Positions 1 to 10,035 of a DNA stretch of 64,000 nt are shown here, one piece after another (the first letter of the stretch is position 1; every line of letters begins with the position of its first letter). A program made the position numbers and the translations under genes. This DNA comes from Alphaproteobacteria bacterium (lineage in GTDB: Bacteria; Pseudomonadota; Alphaproteobacteria; UBA828). The notes below the pieces were generated by a model, which saw nothing but the letters and a program-made list of their open reading frames with translations, did no database searches and was not told the origin of the DNA. The stretch is taken from assembly GCA_963422645.2 (NCBI GenBank), contig CAXXVO010000012.1:224001-288000 (forward strand), written 5' to 3'.

Positions 1-150
1 GACATCGCCGCGGCGCGCGAGCGCCTGGTGGCCGAAGGTGCGCGGGTGCTGGGCGACGGCGAGCCGCGCACGGGCGCTCACGGCAAGCCCGTGATCTTCC
101 TCCATCCCAAGGATTTCTGCGGCACGCTGGTCGAGCTGGAGCAGGTCTGA
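1..150 (+). CDS. mce: Methylmalonyl-CoA epimerase, 3' part (5' end outside window)
   Basis: Frame 1 reads ...GARVLGDGEPRTGAHGKPVIFLHPKDFCGTLVELEQV*, the typical epimerase C-terminus; followed by DUF1467 as is usual in Alphaproteobacteria. Confidence 0.9.
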   Translation, partial: DIAAARERLVAEGARVLGDGEPRTGAHGKPVIFLHPKDFCGTLVELEQV

Positions 151-160
151 GGCCGCCGCT

Positions 161-403
161 GTGGACATCTTCGGCATCATCGTCGTCTTCGTGATCGCCT
201 GGTGGCTCTCCTTCTTCGTCGCGCTGCCCTTCGGGATCCGGCCGATCGAGAACCCGGAGCCCGGCCACGCGCCCGGCGCCCCGCAACGCCCGCGGCTCTG
301 GCGCAAGGCGGCGATCGCCACCGTGGCCGGCAGCGTGATCACCGGCGCCATCGTCGGCGTCGTCGAAGCCGGCTGGCTCTCGCTCGAGACCTTCGCGGAG
401 TAG
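161..403 (+). CDS. DUF1467 family small membrane protein
   Basis: WWLSFFVALPFGIR...PGHAPGAP motif, two hydrophobic segments, synteny with mce. Confidence 0.8.
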   Translation: MDIFGIIVVFVIAWWLSFFVALPFGIRPIENPEPGHAPGAPQRPRLWRKAAIATVAGSVITGAIVGVVEAGWLSLETFAE

Positions 404-425
404 GTGCGGACCGGGGCAGAGTGCC

Positions 426-962
426 TTGACCAGCTATTGCGATATCGCGCCGGGGCATCCCTTCCACGGGCCCTATCACGACCGGGTATACGGCTTCCCG
501 GTGCAGGACGACGACCGGCTCTTCGAGCGACTCGTGCTGGAGATCAACCAGGCCGGGCTCTCGTGGCTCACGATCCTGAAGAAGCAGGAGGCCTTCGTCG
601 CGGCCTTCGAGGAGTTCGAGATTGCGCGGGTCGCGGCCTACGGCGAGGCGGAGCGGGCGCGGCTGCTGGCCGACGCGGGCATCATCCGCAACCGGCTCAA
701 GGTCGATGCCGCCATCGAGAACGCCAGGCGAATCCAGGCGCTACAGGAGGCTCACGGCTCCTTCGCCGCCTGGCTCGACGCCCATCATCCGAGGCCGCAT
801 GCGGACTGGGTCAAGCTCTTCAAGGCGCACTTCAAGTTCACGGGCGGCGAGATCTGCCGCGAGTTTCTGATGTCCACCGGCTATCTGGAAGGCGCCCACC
901 GGCCGGACTGCCCGGTCTACGCCGAGATCATGAAGCAGGCCCCGCCCTGGACCCGTGCTTAA
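426..962 (+). CDS. tag: DNA-3-methyladenine glycosylase I
   Basis: YHD..YGFP, LFERLVLEINQAGLSWLTILKK, GIIRNRLKV, C-terminal H..DC motifs; TTG start. Confidence 0.9.
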   Translation: MTSYCDIAPGHPFHGPYHDRVYGFPVQDDDRLFERLVLEINQAGLSWLTILKKQEAFVAAFEEFEIARVAAYGEAERARLLADAGIIRNRLKVDAAIENARRIQALQEAHGSFAAWLDAHHPRPHADWVKLFKAHFKFTGGEICREFLMSTGYLEGAHRPDCPVYAEIMKQAPPWTRA

Positions 963-968
963 CCCGAA

Positions 969-2147
969 TTAGACGGCGATCTCGTCCACCTTGACCCAGC
1001 GCCGCTCGGCGTCCGAGACGATGCAGGCGTCGATCACGCGCTGGATCTCCGCAGCCCATCTGAAGTCCGGATAGGCCGGCTTGCCGGCGGCGACCGCCTC
1101 CATGAGGTCCTGCACCTCCATCACCTTGAAGTCGTTGTAGCCGGAGCCCATTCCCGCAACCGGAAAGAACGCCGCGTAGTTGGGGTCATGCGGCCCCATC
1201 GAGATGTGCTTGAAGCCCCTCGTGGCCTGATCGCCCTCCTCCTTGTAGACCTGCAGGTCGTTGATGTGGTCGTAGAAGTAGCGGATCCCGCCCTCGGTGC
1301 CGGTCAGCTCGTAGCCGATATCCATGCGCTTGCCCATCGACACGCGGCTCATCTCCATGTGTCCGTTGAGGCCGCCCGATGTCTTGAACATCACGGTCGC
1401 AAGGTCGTCGGTCTCCACCGGCACCATCGGCCCGCCGCCGTCCCCGCGGACGCTGAGGCTGACGCCGGCCTCCGTCGGCGGCGCCGGGCGCTCGGGGATG
1501 ATGATCTCGAGGTTGCACATCACCTCGTCCACCTGCTGGTTCACGAGGTGGGTCAGGAAGGCGAAGCAGTGGGCGCCGATATCGCTGATGACGCCGGAGC
1601 CAGCCCGCGCCTTGTCGTTGCGCCAGGAGAAGGGAATTTCCGGCTTGGCCAGGAAGTCGCCGCAGAACGTTCCGCGGTAATAGGTGGGCACCCCGATCTC
1701 GCCGTCCCCAACCAGCCGCCGGGCGAGGGTCTGGACCGGATTCTTGATGTAGTTGAAGCCGACCATCGTGATGACGCCCGCCTTCTCGGCCGCCTCCGCC
1801 ATTGCGAACGACGACTTGGTGTCGTTCGAGAGCGGCTTCTCGCAATAGATGTGCTTGCCGGCGGCGACGGCGGCCAGCGCGATTTCGGGATGGAGATCGT
1901 TCGGGGTGTTGATGTCGACGATGTCGACGTCGGGATCGTTGACGACGTCGCGCCAGTCCGCCGTATGGCGGCGGAAGCCGAGTTCCCGCGCCGACCGGCT
2001 CGCGATCTCCTCGTTCACGTCGGCAAGCACCTCGAGCACGGGAACCGCCGGCTTGCCGCCGAATGCGAGCGGCTGGGCGCGGTAGCAGAGGGCGTGGGCC
2101 TTGCCCATCCAGCCAGCGCCTATGAGTCCGATCTTCAACTCTCGCAT
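969..2147 (-). CDS. Gfo/Idh/MocA family oxidoreductase
   Basis: IGLIGAGWMG Rossmann motif, HIYCEKP, GSGVISDIGAH; start moved to MRELK (ATG 2147). Confidence 0.9.
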   Translation of the reverse strand: MRELKIGLIGAGWMGKAHALCYRAQPLAFGGKPAVPVLEVLADVNEEIASRSARELGFRRHTADWRDVVNDPDVDIVDINTPNDLHPEIALAAVAAGKHIYCEKPLSNDTKSSFAMAEAAEKAGVITMVGFNYIKNPVQTLARRLVGDGEIGVPTYYRGTFCGDFLAKPEIPFSWRNDKARAGSGVISDIGAHCFAFLTHLVNQQVDEVMCNLEIIIPERPAPPTEAGVSLSVRGDGGGPMVPVETDDLATVMFKTSGGLNGHMEMSRVSMGKRMDIGYELTGTEGGIRYFYDHINDLQVYKEEGDQATRGFKHISMGPHDPNYAAFFPVAGMGSGYNDFKVMEVQDLMEAVAAGKPAYPDFRWAAEIQRVIDACIVSDAERRWVKVDEIAV

Positions 2148-2488
2148 GAGTCCATCCAATCCAATGATAATTCGTCGGCCGACAGGGCCTTGAGGGGAGC
2201 AACGAAGGGGGCGCCCAAGCCGGGGACCCGCGCCGCAGCGGCATCCTATCAAGCGCCCCGAATCCAGGCCAGCGTCGCCCGGCGATGGAACAATTCACGC
2301 CGAAACGGTCGAGCCAAGAGCCTTCGCGTCGGTGAGCGAGCGGCCGGCGAATGGCGCTGGCCTTGGCACCTGCGATCGGTCACCATGCCGCGCAGCGCAG
2401 ACCCCGGCGGCGCAACGATCGTCCGCGCGTGCCAGGGAGGGCAAATGATGCGCCGCGCCAAGCGGCGCCGATAGCGAGGGAGAGACAC

Positions 2489-3250
2489 ATGGATCTCGGT
2501 TTGAAAGGCAGGAAGTCGCTGGTGACCGGCGGCACCAAGGGTATTGGCCGCGCGATCGCGAACGAGCTCGCGGCAGAGGGCGCCGATGTCGCGATCTGCG
2601 CGCGCACCGAGGCCGATGTGGAGGAGGCGGTCTCCGCGCTTGCCGCGACCGGCGTGCGCGCCTCGGGCCGCACGCTCGATGTCGGCGATGGGCCGGCCGT
2701 GCGCCAGTGGGTCGACGACGTCGCCGCCGAGTTCGGCGGGCTCGATATCGTGGTGCCCAATGTCAGCGCGCTTGCGGCCAGCCCGGACCTGGAGTCCTGG
2801 CAGAAGGAATTCAATGTCGACATGATGCACACCGTCCATACGGTGGAGGCGGCGCTGCCGCATCTGGAGAAGTCGGACGCGGGCTCCATCGTGGTGATTT
2901 CGAGTGTCTCGGGTATCGAGATCGACTTCGCCGCCGGGCCCTACGGCGTCTTCAAGGCGGCGCTGATCCACTATTCCGCCGGGCTCAGCCGGCAGCTTGC
3001 GGCCAAGGGTATCCGCGCCAACTCGGTCTCGCCCGGCAACACTTATTTTGAGGGCGGCTTCTGGCAGGACATCGAAAAAGGCAATCCGGATCTGTTCAAT
3101 CTGGCCTTGAGCCTCAACAAGACCGGGCGCATGGCGACGGCCGAGGAGGTGGCCAACGCCACGGTGTTCCTCGCGAGCCCCAGGGCGAGCTTCATCACCG
3201 GCACCAACATCAAGGTGGACGGCGCGCTCACCAACGGCGTGCAGTACTGA
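2489..3250 (+). CDS. SDR family NAD(P)-dependent oxidoreductase
   Basis: TGGTKGIG, YGVFK (YxxxK), NSVSPG; GGGAGAG RBS before MDLGLKG. Confidence 0.9.
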   Translation: MDLGLKGRKSLVTGGTKGIGRAIANELAAEGADVAICARTEADVEEAVSALAATGVRASGRTLDVGDGPAVRQWVDDVAAEFGGLDIVVPNVSALAASPDLESWQKEFNVDMMHTVHTVEAALPHLEKSDAGSIVVISSVSGIEIDFAAGPYGVFKAALIHYSAGLSRQLAAKGIRANSVSPGNTYFEGGFWQDIEKGNPDLFNLALSLNKTGRMATAEEVANATVFLASPRASFITGTNIKVDGALTNGVQY

Positions 3251-3281
3251 GCCGATCCGGCGGCGATCGGGAGAGGCTGCG

Positions 3282-3752
3282 ATGGCGGACGCGGAGTGGA
3301 CGGTCTACCTCTCCGGCGAGATCCATAGCGACTGGCGCGATCGCATTCGCGCCGGGGCTGAGGCGCAGAGCCTCGACATCGCGTTCGTCTCGCCGGTGAC
3401 CGACCACGCGGCGAGCGACGATTGCGGGGTCGCCATCCTCGGCGCCGAGGAGCGGCCCTTCTGGAAGGACCACAAGGGCGCGCGGGTCAACGCCATCCGC
3501 AACCGCACCCTGATCCGGCGTGCGGATATCGTGGTCGTGCGCTTCGGCGACAAGTACCGGCAGTGGAACGCGGCCTTCGACGCCGGTTACGCCGCCGCGC
3601 TGGACAAGCCGATCATCACGCTGCACGAGCCTGCGCTCACCCATGCCCTGAAGGAGGTGGACGGTGCCGCGCTCGCCGTCGCCGGGACGCCGGAGCAGGT
3701 GGTCGAGCTGCTGCGCTACGCGATGACCGGCACGCTCCCGTCCGCCGCGTAG
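3282..3752 (+). CDS. YtoQ family protein
   Basis: VYLSGEIHSDWR, VRFGDKYRQWNAAFDAG, HALKEVD motifs. Confidence 0.85.
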   Translation: MADAEWTVYLSGEIHSDWRDRIRAGAEAQSLDIAFVSPVTDHAASDDCGVAILGAEERPFWKDHKGARVNAIRNRTLIRRADIVVVRFGDKYRQWNAAFDAGYAAALDKPIITLHEPALTHALKEVDGAALAVAGTPEQVVELLRYAMTGTLPSAA

Positions 3753-3764
3753 AGGAGCTCCCTC

Positions 3765-4226
3765 ATGCCCAAGATCGACTTAGACCGGGTACCGGCCAAG
3801 GCCGGGTCGGGTTATCCGCCGCCCTTCAAGGCGATGGCGGAGGGGCGCATCAAGCAGGCTTTGGGCGATGCGGGCGGACTGACCCAGTTCGGGGTCAATC
3901 TCACACGCTTGCCGCCGGGTGCTGCGACCGCGCAGCGCCACTGGCACGAGACCGAGGACGAGCTGGTCTTCGTCGTCTCGGGCGAGCTGGTCCTGATCGA
4001 GGAGGGCGGCGAAACCCCGCTCGGGGCGGGGGAGGCGGCGGCCTTCAAGGCCGGCCACGCCGATGGCCATTATCTGCTGAACCGCTCGGCGGAGGATGCG
4101 GTGGTGCTGGAAATCGGGACCCGTGCCAGCGACGAGCGCTGCCACTATCCCGATATCGACCTGGTCTACGAGAAGCGTGGCGGTGGGATCCGCTTCACCA
4201 ACAAGGCGGGCGAGCCCTACGACTGA
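3765..4226 (+). CDS. Cupin domain protein
   Basis: LGDAGGLTQFGVNL, RHWHETEDE, YPDIDL. Confidence 0.85.
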   Translation: MPKIDLDRVPAKAGSGYPPPFKAMAEGRIKQALGDAGGLTQFGVNLTRLPPGAATAQRHWHETEDELVFVVSGELVLIEEGGETPLGAGEAAAFKAGHADGHYLLNRSAEDAVVLEIGTRASDERCHYPDIDLVYEKRGGGIRFTNKAGEPYD

Positions 4227-4250
4227 TCGGCGCCGGGGCGCATTCCCGGA

Positions 4251-6146
4251 CTATTCTTCGATGGCCGGCCGGTAGGTTCCGAAATTCCAGAGGTGCCCTT
4301 CGGGATCGCGCGCCGAGAAGTCGCGCGAGCCGTAGGGCGTGTCCTCCAGCTCGCGGACGATTTCGGCACCGGCCTCGACGGCGCGGGCGTAGTGGGCGTC
4401 CGTATCCTCGACCACGATATAGATCGACTGCGTGACGCCGCCGAGGTCGCAGGGCGTCTGCATTTTCAGCTCGTCGTCTCGTATCGAGCCCACCATGACC
4501 ATGCCGCCATCGAACGCGAGCTGGGCGTGGGCGATGGTGTCGTCCGGGCCCGGCACGACCATGATCTCGGTGAAGCCGAAGGCCTCCTTGAGCCAGACGA
4601 TCGCCGCAGGCGCGTCGCGGTAGCTGAGGCATGGAATGACGGTGGGGGCGTGCTCGGCCATGGCGGCATCCTTCATGCTCTGGAGTAGAGGGTGCTCGAC
4701 GGGGAGGTCAGCGTCGGCCTCATCCTTATCCTCTGGAGCCGGCGGCGGAGGCTCATCCTCCATCTCCTCCGGAGGTGCGGGCTCTTCCTCCGTCTCTGGA
4801 GGTGCGGGCTGGACCTCGGCTTCGGCCAGTGTGGTCTCCGGGCAGCGCGTGTTTCGCCGGCTTGGCGGGCCCAAGGCGAGAAACGCGTCGCGCGGGAGCC
4901 CGAAGGTCTGGTCGACCTCTTCCGCCACGTCGACCGTCTCAAAGGTGAGGGAGCCGTCTTCTTCCGTGACTTCGACGATGAAGGCGTCGGTCACGGCCTG
5001 GCGGTTCTCGTCGAGCGCGACCGGGCCGCCGAAGGGGGTATCGAAGCGAAGCTCCGCGAGCGCCTCGCGCAGGTCCTCGTGCCCATCGCCGAGGACGCCG
5101 TCGGTCTCTTCGAGGGCGAGGAGCAGCGCCTTGGTGTTGACGTAGTAGGCGAGCGCGAAGAGGCCCGGCATCTGGCCAGCGTCCGGGAAGCTTTCGCGAT
5201 AGCGAGTCGAGAACTCCTCCCACTCGTCGTTGTCGTCGCTCTCGGAGACGGGCAGCGCCGAAATCGCCCCCGTCAGCAAGGGCCGGGTGGCGTCGGCCGA
5301 GCGCAGGAGGTCGCCGCTCAGGGTTGTGGAGCTCGCCACGAGGGCGGCCTGCCCGCCGGCCTCGCCGTAGGCTTCGAGGAATCGCCGCGCCGCGCGTGGC
5401 TGCATGGCCAGGAACACGCCATCTGTCTCGCTTCGGGCGACCCTCTCGGCGAGGCGTGTGGTGTCGCTTGCGCCCGGTGAGACCCAGTGCCTGGCCAGCA
5501 GGCGGCCGCCCGCGGCGCAATAGTCCAGCACGAAGCCCATGAGCTGGGTGTAGGGCAGGGAGTAGTCCTCGCTGACCGTGACGATCGTTTCGATGTCTTT
5601 TTCTTCGTAGGCGTAGCGCCCGAGACCCCCGATCCACTGCATGCTGTCGGGATTGAAGCGGAAGAAGTTCTCGGCCGGCGCGCGCAGGGTGGCATCCTGG
5701 GCGGCCGAGGCGCCATTGATGAAGGTCACCTCCGGCACGCTCTTGGCGAAATCGCGGAGCGCGATGCCCTCAATCCCGGCGAGGGGGCCGATGACGATGC
5801 TGGCGCCGCCCTCGATCAGCAGGCGCGCCTTGGCGACCACGGATTCCGGGGTTCCGTCCGTGGACTCGATCATGGCCTCGATGGGCCGCTCGCCGTTGCT
5901 CTCCTCGTACTCCTTCATGGCCAGTTCGTGGCCGCGCAGGGCATCCTGCCCGAGCGGCTTGAACGCGCCCTCGAGCGTGGCGAGCACGCCGATTTTCAGG
6001 GTGTCGGTCTCGGCATTCGCCTGAATGCCGACCAGGAGCGAAACGGCGACCAGAACGACGCCTGCGATGCGGCGTGGTCCGCGCGGTGCGCGAGCGCGCA
6101 CTCGCCCCAGGCGCCCGCTCTCCGAGCGTGGCGGCGCCTTCGTCAC
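4251..6146 (-). CDS. LivK-like ABC substrate-binding protein in frame with a C-terminal VOC/glyoxalase domain (VOC may start independently at ATG 4661)
   Basis: Signal peptide then KIGVLATLEG, NFFRF, GPVALDENRQAV; Pro/Glu linker; then PCLSYRDAPAAI...YGSRDFSARDPEGHLWNFGTY. Confidence 0.8.
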   Translation of the reverse strand: MTKAPPRSESGRLGRVRARAPRGPRRIAGVVLVAVSLLVGIQANAETDTLKIGVLATLEGAFKPLGQDALRGHELAMKEYEESNGERPIEAMIESTDGTPESVVAKARLLIEGGASIVIGPLAGIEGIALRDFAKSVPEVTFINGASAAQDATLRAPAENFFRFNPDSMQWIGGLGRYAYEEKDIETIVTVSEDYSLPYTQLMGFVLDYCAAGGRLLARHWVSPGASDTTRLAERVARSETDGVFLAMQPRAARRFLEAYGEAGGQAALVASSTTLSGDLLRSADATRPLLTGAISALPVSESDDNDEWEEFSTRYRESFPDAGQMPGLFALAYYVNTKALLLALEETDGVLGDGHEDLREALAELRFDTPFGGPVALDENRQAVTDAFIVEVTEEDGSLTFETVDVAEEVDQTFGLPRDAFLALGPPSRRNTRCPETTLAEAEVQPAPPETEEEPAPPEEMEDEPPPPAPEDKDEADADLPVEHPLLQSMKDAAMAEHAPTVIPCLSYRDAPAAIVWLKEAFGFTEIMVVPGPDDTIAHAQLAFDGGMVMVGSIRDDELKMQTPCDLGGVTQSIYIVVEDTDAHYARAVEAGAEIVRELEDTPYGSRDFSARDPEGHLWNFGTYRPAIEE

Positions 6147-6512
6147 GCTGTGCCAATCATGCTAACGTGTTCGCAACCCGCTGTATTCGAGCAACTGCCG
6201 TGCGTATCGCGTCGCGCGCGGCGCCGCCGCAAGACCTTATAGCGGCCCGCACCGGCCATGGCCATGCGCGCGTCGCTGCTGGTCTGGCGGCCACGCCACA
6301 CGAAGTCGCGACCTTCATGCGCCGAGGGAGTGAGGCTCTCGGAACAGGCGGGCGCCCCGCGTCCGATGGCGGAAGAGGCAACCCGGACGCTGGCGGCTCT
6401 CCGATTCCACGGGTGACCGTCGTGGCCGCAGGGTCTAGGCTACAAATCAGCGGGCTGTCGGCGAAGGGCGCGAGGCGCCGCGGCTGACGCCTAACCCAGG
6501 GAGGAAGCAATC

Positions 6513-7811
6513 ATGGCAAAGACCACGGAGCATCGGAAGCAGGGACCGAGCCGGCGCTCGATTCTCAAAGGCGCTGCCGCAGTGGCCGGCGTCGCGGCCG
6601 GCACGAAGGCGCTCGGCGGATTTCCCACGGTCTGGGCGCAAGATACCAAAGACATCGTGATCAACCATTCGGGCATGTCGTATTCGACGATCATCCAGAT
6701 CGCCGAGCAGGCGACGGTGGATCTGCCCTTCTCGGTGGAGATGGCCGTCACCGATCACGCCGGCATGCTCAACCGGCTGACGACGCAGTCCGATTCGATC
6801 GATGTCGCCGACATCGAGCTCTGGATGCGGGTCATCACCGTGCCGCGCGGCATCTACCAGGCAGTCGATCCTGCCAAGATCATGCACTGGGACAAGACGA
6901 CGTCGCTCTATCGGGAAGGCACGTTCGACGGCAATCAGGTCTCGCGCCAGGGGGTCTCGCCCCATGAGGTGATGTATTTCGCCGATGCCGACGCCAATGC
7001 GCTTGCCGACGGCACCACCGATTACGCGACCATGACCCCCGGCGTGTTCAATGCCGATACGCTCGGCATCCAGCCGGTTGAGATCGGCCGTCCGATCAAC
7101 AACTGGCACGAGCTCTTCAACGAGGAGTTCAGCGGCCGGGCGGCGGGGATGGATATTCCGCCGATCATGATCATGGACGCTGCGCTCGCCATCGAATCGA
7201 CCGGCGAATACACCTATGCCGACAAGGGCAACATGACCAAGGAAGAGATCACGATGACCGTGGACCGGCTCATCGATCTCAAGAAGAAGGGCCATTGGCG
7301 GTCCATGTGGGGCACCTTCGACCAGTCGGTGCAGTTGATGACCTCGGGCGAGGTGGTGATCCAGTCGATGTGGTCGCCGGCCGTGACGGCGGTGCGCGCC
7401 GCAGGCGTGCCCTGCGTCTACCAGCCGCTCGCCGAGGGCTATCGCGGCTGGGGCAACGGCCTCAGCCTGATGAGCCACCTCGAGGGCAAGAGGCTCGGCG
7501 CGGCCTACGACTACCTCAACTGGTACTACGACGGCTGGATGGGCGCCTTCATCGCCAAGCAGGGCTACTATCTCGGCGTCTCGGAGACCGCCAAGGCCTT
7601 CATGCAGCCCTTCGAGTGGGATTACTGGTACGAGGGCAAGCCGGCGGCCGATACCATCAACGATCCCTACGGCAACCCGATGGAGAAGGCGGGGCACGTC
7701 CGCGACGGCGGCTCGTTCTCCAATCGCTTCGGCAACATGGCGTGCTGGAACACGCTGATGGATAACCAGCAGTTCCTGCTCAAGAAGTGGACAGAGTTGC
7801 AGACGGCCTGA
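6513..7811 (+). CDS. Tat-exported ABC substrate-binding protein (PotD/PotF-like)
   Basis: Twin-arginine SRRSILKG signal; VIQSMWSPAV, EGYRGW; precedes two permeases. Confidence 0.85.
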   Translation: MAKTTEHRKQGPSRRSILKGAAAVAGVAAGTKALGGFPTVWAQDTKDIVINHSGMSYSTIIQIAEQATVDLPFSVEMAVTDHAGMLNRLTTQSDSIDVADIELWMRVITVPRGIYQAVDPAKIMHWDKTTSLYREGTFDGNQVSRQGVSPHEVMYFADADANALADGTTDYATMTPGVFNADTLGIQPVEIGRPINNWHELFNEEFSGRAAGMDIPPIMIMDAALAIESTGEYTYADKGNMTKEEITMTVDRLIDLKKKGHWRSMWGTFDQSVQLMTSGEVVIQSMWSPAVTAVRAAGVPCVYQPLAEGYRGWGNGLSLMSHLEGKRLGAAYDYLNWYYDGWMGAFIAKQGYYLGVSETAKAFMQPFEWDYWYEGKPAADTINDPYGNPMEKAGHVRDGGSFSNRFGNMACWNTLMDNQQFLLKKWTELQTA

Positions 7812-7827
7812 ACGGCCTTATCCCTGC

Positions 7828-7855
7828 GGGCGGGGCCGCCATTCCGGCCCCGCCC
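7828..7855 (+). terminator. Intercistronic stem-loop after the binding-protein gene
   Basis: GGGCGGGGCCG-CCATTC-CGGCCCCGCCC, perfect 11-bp stem, weak U-tract. Confidence 0.55.
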
Positions 7856-7887
7856 CCTCCTTTCACCCGATTGGATTCGGTCTCGCG

Positions 7888-8763
7888 ATGAGCAATGGCA
7901 CCGGCGGGAAGCGGCAGCCCTTCGTGCGGGTGGCCCCGCTCAGCCTTGCGCTGGGGGTGTTCTTCGTCGTGCCGCTGGGCGTTCTGGTGGCGGTCAGCTT
8001 CTTCGAGAGCGACATGATCTTTGGCATGAGGCCTGCGCTCACGCCGGAGAGCTACATTGAGCTGTTCACCACCATGAACACGCTCTGGCTCTATCTCAGC
8101 ACCCTCAAGTTCGCGGCGATCGTCTGGGCGGTTACGCTGCTCATCGGCTTCACCATCGCCTACTTCCTGGTGTTCCACGTCCGCTCTCTGTTGATCGCGA
8201 TCGGGCTCTTCCTGCTTTGCACCGTGCCCTTCTGGACCTCGAACATCATCAGAATGATCTCGTGGATCCCGCTTCTGGGGAAGCAGGGGCTGGTCAATCA
8301 GGCGCTGATGGGTCTCGGCATCGTCGACGACCCGGTGGAGTGGCTGCTCTTCTCCGACTTCTCGGTAGTGGTGAGCTACGTCCACCTTTTCACGCTCTTC
8401 ATGATCGTCCCGATCTTCAACTCGATGGCGCGCATCGACAAGGCGCTGATCGAGGCGGCGCGGGACGCAGGCGCAAGCTCTTTGCGCATCATGTGGGAGG
8501 TCATCGTTCCGCTTTCTCGCAGCGGCATCGCGCTCGGCTCGATCTTTGTCATCGTGCTGGTGATGGGCGACTTCTTCATCATCAAGGTGATGAGCGGCGG
8601 GCAGAGCGCCTCGGTCGTCTCCGCCATCTTCGAGGACATTAACGTCCTGCTCTATCCGTCTGCCTCGGCGAGCGCGGTGGTGCTGCTGATCGTCGTCGTG
8701 ATGATGGTGATGGGCGTGCTGCGGGTGGTCAACATCCGCAGGGAGCTGGCGGGCAGCACGTAG
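7888..8763 (+). CDS. ABC permease (PotB-like)
   Basis: Multiple TM helices, EAARDAGA motif. Confidence 0.9.
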   Translation: MSNGTGGKRQPFVRVAPLSLALGVFFVVPLGVLVAVSFFESDMIFGMRPALTPESYIELFTTMNTLWLYLSTLKFAAIVWAVTLLIGFTIAYFLVFHVRSLLIAIGLFLLCTVPFWTSNIIRMISWIPLLGKQGLVNQALMGLGIVDDPVEWLLFSDFSVVVSYVHLFTLFMIVPIFNSMARIDKALIEAARDAGASSLRIMWEVIVPLSRSGIALGSIFVIVLVMGDFFIIKVMSGGQSASVVSAIFEDINVLLYPSASASAVVLLIVVVMMVMGVLRVVNIRRELAGST

Positions 8764-8773
8764 GAGAGGGGGC

Positions 8774-9628
8774 ATGGCGCGATCATCAACGACCCATAAG
8801 CCCAGGCCCTGGACCTTCTATCCGCTGGCGGCGTTCTTCGGCCTCTTCGTGCTCTTCCTCTACGGGCCGATGTTCTGCATCTACATCCTCTCGTTCCAGG
8901 GACCGAATGCCTCGCTGGTCTTCCCCATGCAGGGCGTCTCGGTGCACTGGTTCGATGCGCTCTTCGGCCAGGCGCGCACCGGCGATGTCGGCGGCGCGTT
9001 CGCACGCTCGTTGCCGCTCGCGCTCATCATCCTCGCGGTCACCGTGCTCTTCTCGGTGGCGGCTGGATTGGCGTTCCGCGCGCGCTTCTTCGGCAACTCC
9101 GTGATCTTCTACACGGCGATCGGAAGCCTCGTGGTGCCGGGCCTGGTACTCGGGGTCGGTATCACGTTGCTGCTCCAGCTCCTCGGCTGGAACGCCCACT
9201 GGTACTCCTCGGCGCTCGGCGCGCACCTGACCTGGACGCTGCCCTTCGGGCTGTTGATCATGTTTGCCGTGCTGAGCCGCTTCGACCCGCGCGTGGAAGA
9301 GGCGGCGCGCGACCTCGGCGCCAGCAACCTGCAATCCATGCGCTACGTGATGATCCCGATCCTGCTGCCGGGCATCATCGCGGTGGCGCTCTTCGGCTTC
9401 ACCCTCTCCTACGACGAGTTCCCGCGCAGCACCTTCACCGTTGGCGCGCGCAACACGCTGCCTTTGGAGATCTGGAGCATGACCACCAACGTCACCTCGC
9501 CGGCGCTTTATGCGCTCGGCACCGTGACGACGGCGATCTCCTTCTTCATCATCCTGATCTCGCTGACCGCCATCGGCTTGATCCAGCGGCGGCGGCAGCG
9601 CGCCCTGCGGCAGGGGCCCAGAGCTTAG
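8774..9628 (+). CDS. ABC permease (PotC-like)
   Basis: EEAARDLGAS motif, FTLSYDEF, TLPLEIW. Confidence 0.9.
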   Translation: MARSSTTHKPRPWTFYPLAAFFGLFVLFLYGPMFCIYILSFQGPNASLVFPMQGVSVHWFDALFGQARTGDVGGAFARSLPLALIILAVTVLFSVAAGLAFRARFFGNSVIFYTAIGSLVVPGLVLGVGITLLLQLLGWNAHWYSSALGAHLTWTLPFGLLIMFAVLSRFDPRVEEAARDLGASNLQSMRYVMIPILLPGIIAVALFGFTLSYDEFPRSTFTVGARNTLPLEIWSMTTNVTSPALYALGTVTTAISFFIILISLTAIGLIQRRRQRALRQGPRA

Positions 9629-9736
9629 TGAGGTGATTCCGAGGCTCGGCTCTATCAGGTTGCGTACCACCGCATAACGTCATGGCCGGGGCGCGTCTGC
9701 GAACCGGCGTCAGCGTGGACGAGGACTCTCTGATGT

Positions 9737-9749
9737 GCTACATTGTAGC
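9737..9749. promoter_or_regulatory. Probable DinJ-YafQ autorepression operator
   Basis: GCTACA-T-TGTAGC perfect inverted repeat ~30 bp upstream of dinJ. Confidence 0.5.
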
Positions 9750-9777
9750 CCAATAGCACGTCCTTGAGGATCGGATC

Positions 9778-10035
9778 ATGAACACGGTCGTCCGCGCCCG
9801 TATAGACGAAAAGACCAAGGACGAGGCCGCTGCCGTGCTGGCCGCGATCGGCCTTACAGTGTCCGACGCTTTTCGCTTGATGATGGTGCGGATCGCCGCT
9901 GAGAAGCGACTGCCCTTCGAGCCCCTTGTGCCCAATGACGAGACGATCGAAGCCATGAGAGCTGCTCGGCGCGGCGACTTGATCACCGTCGGCGGCGTGT
10001 CTGAGCTAATGGCCGATCTGAATGCGGACGATTAG
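9778..10035 (+). CDS. dinJ: RelB/DinJ antitoxin
   Basis: VVRARID..K..AAAVLAAIGLTVSDAFR...LPFEPLVPNDETIEAM. Confidence 0.9.
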   Translation: MNTVVRARIDEKTKDEAAAVLAAIGLTVSDAFRLMMVRIAAEKRLPFEPLVPNDETIEAMRAARRGDLITVGGVSELMADLNADD

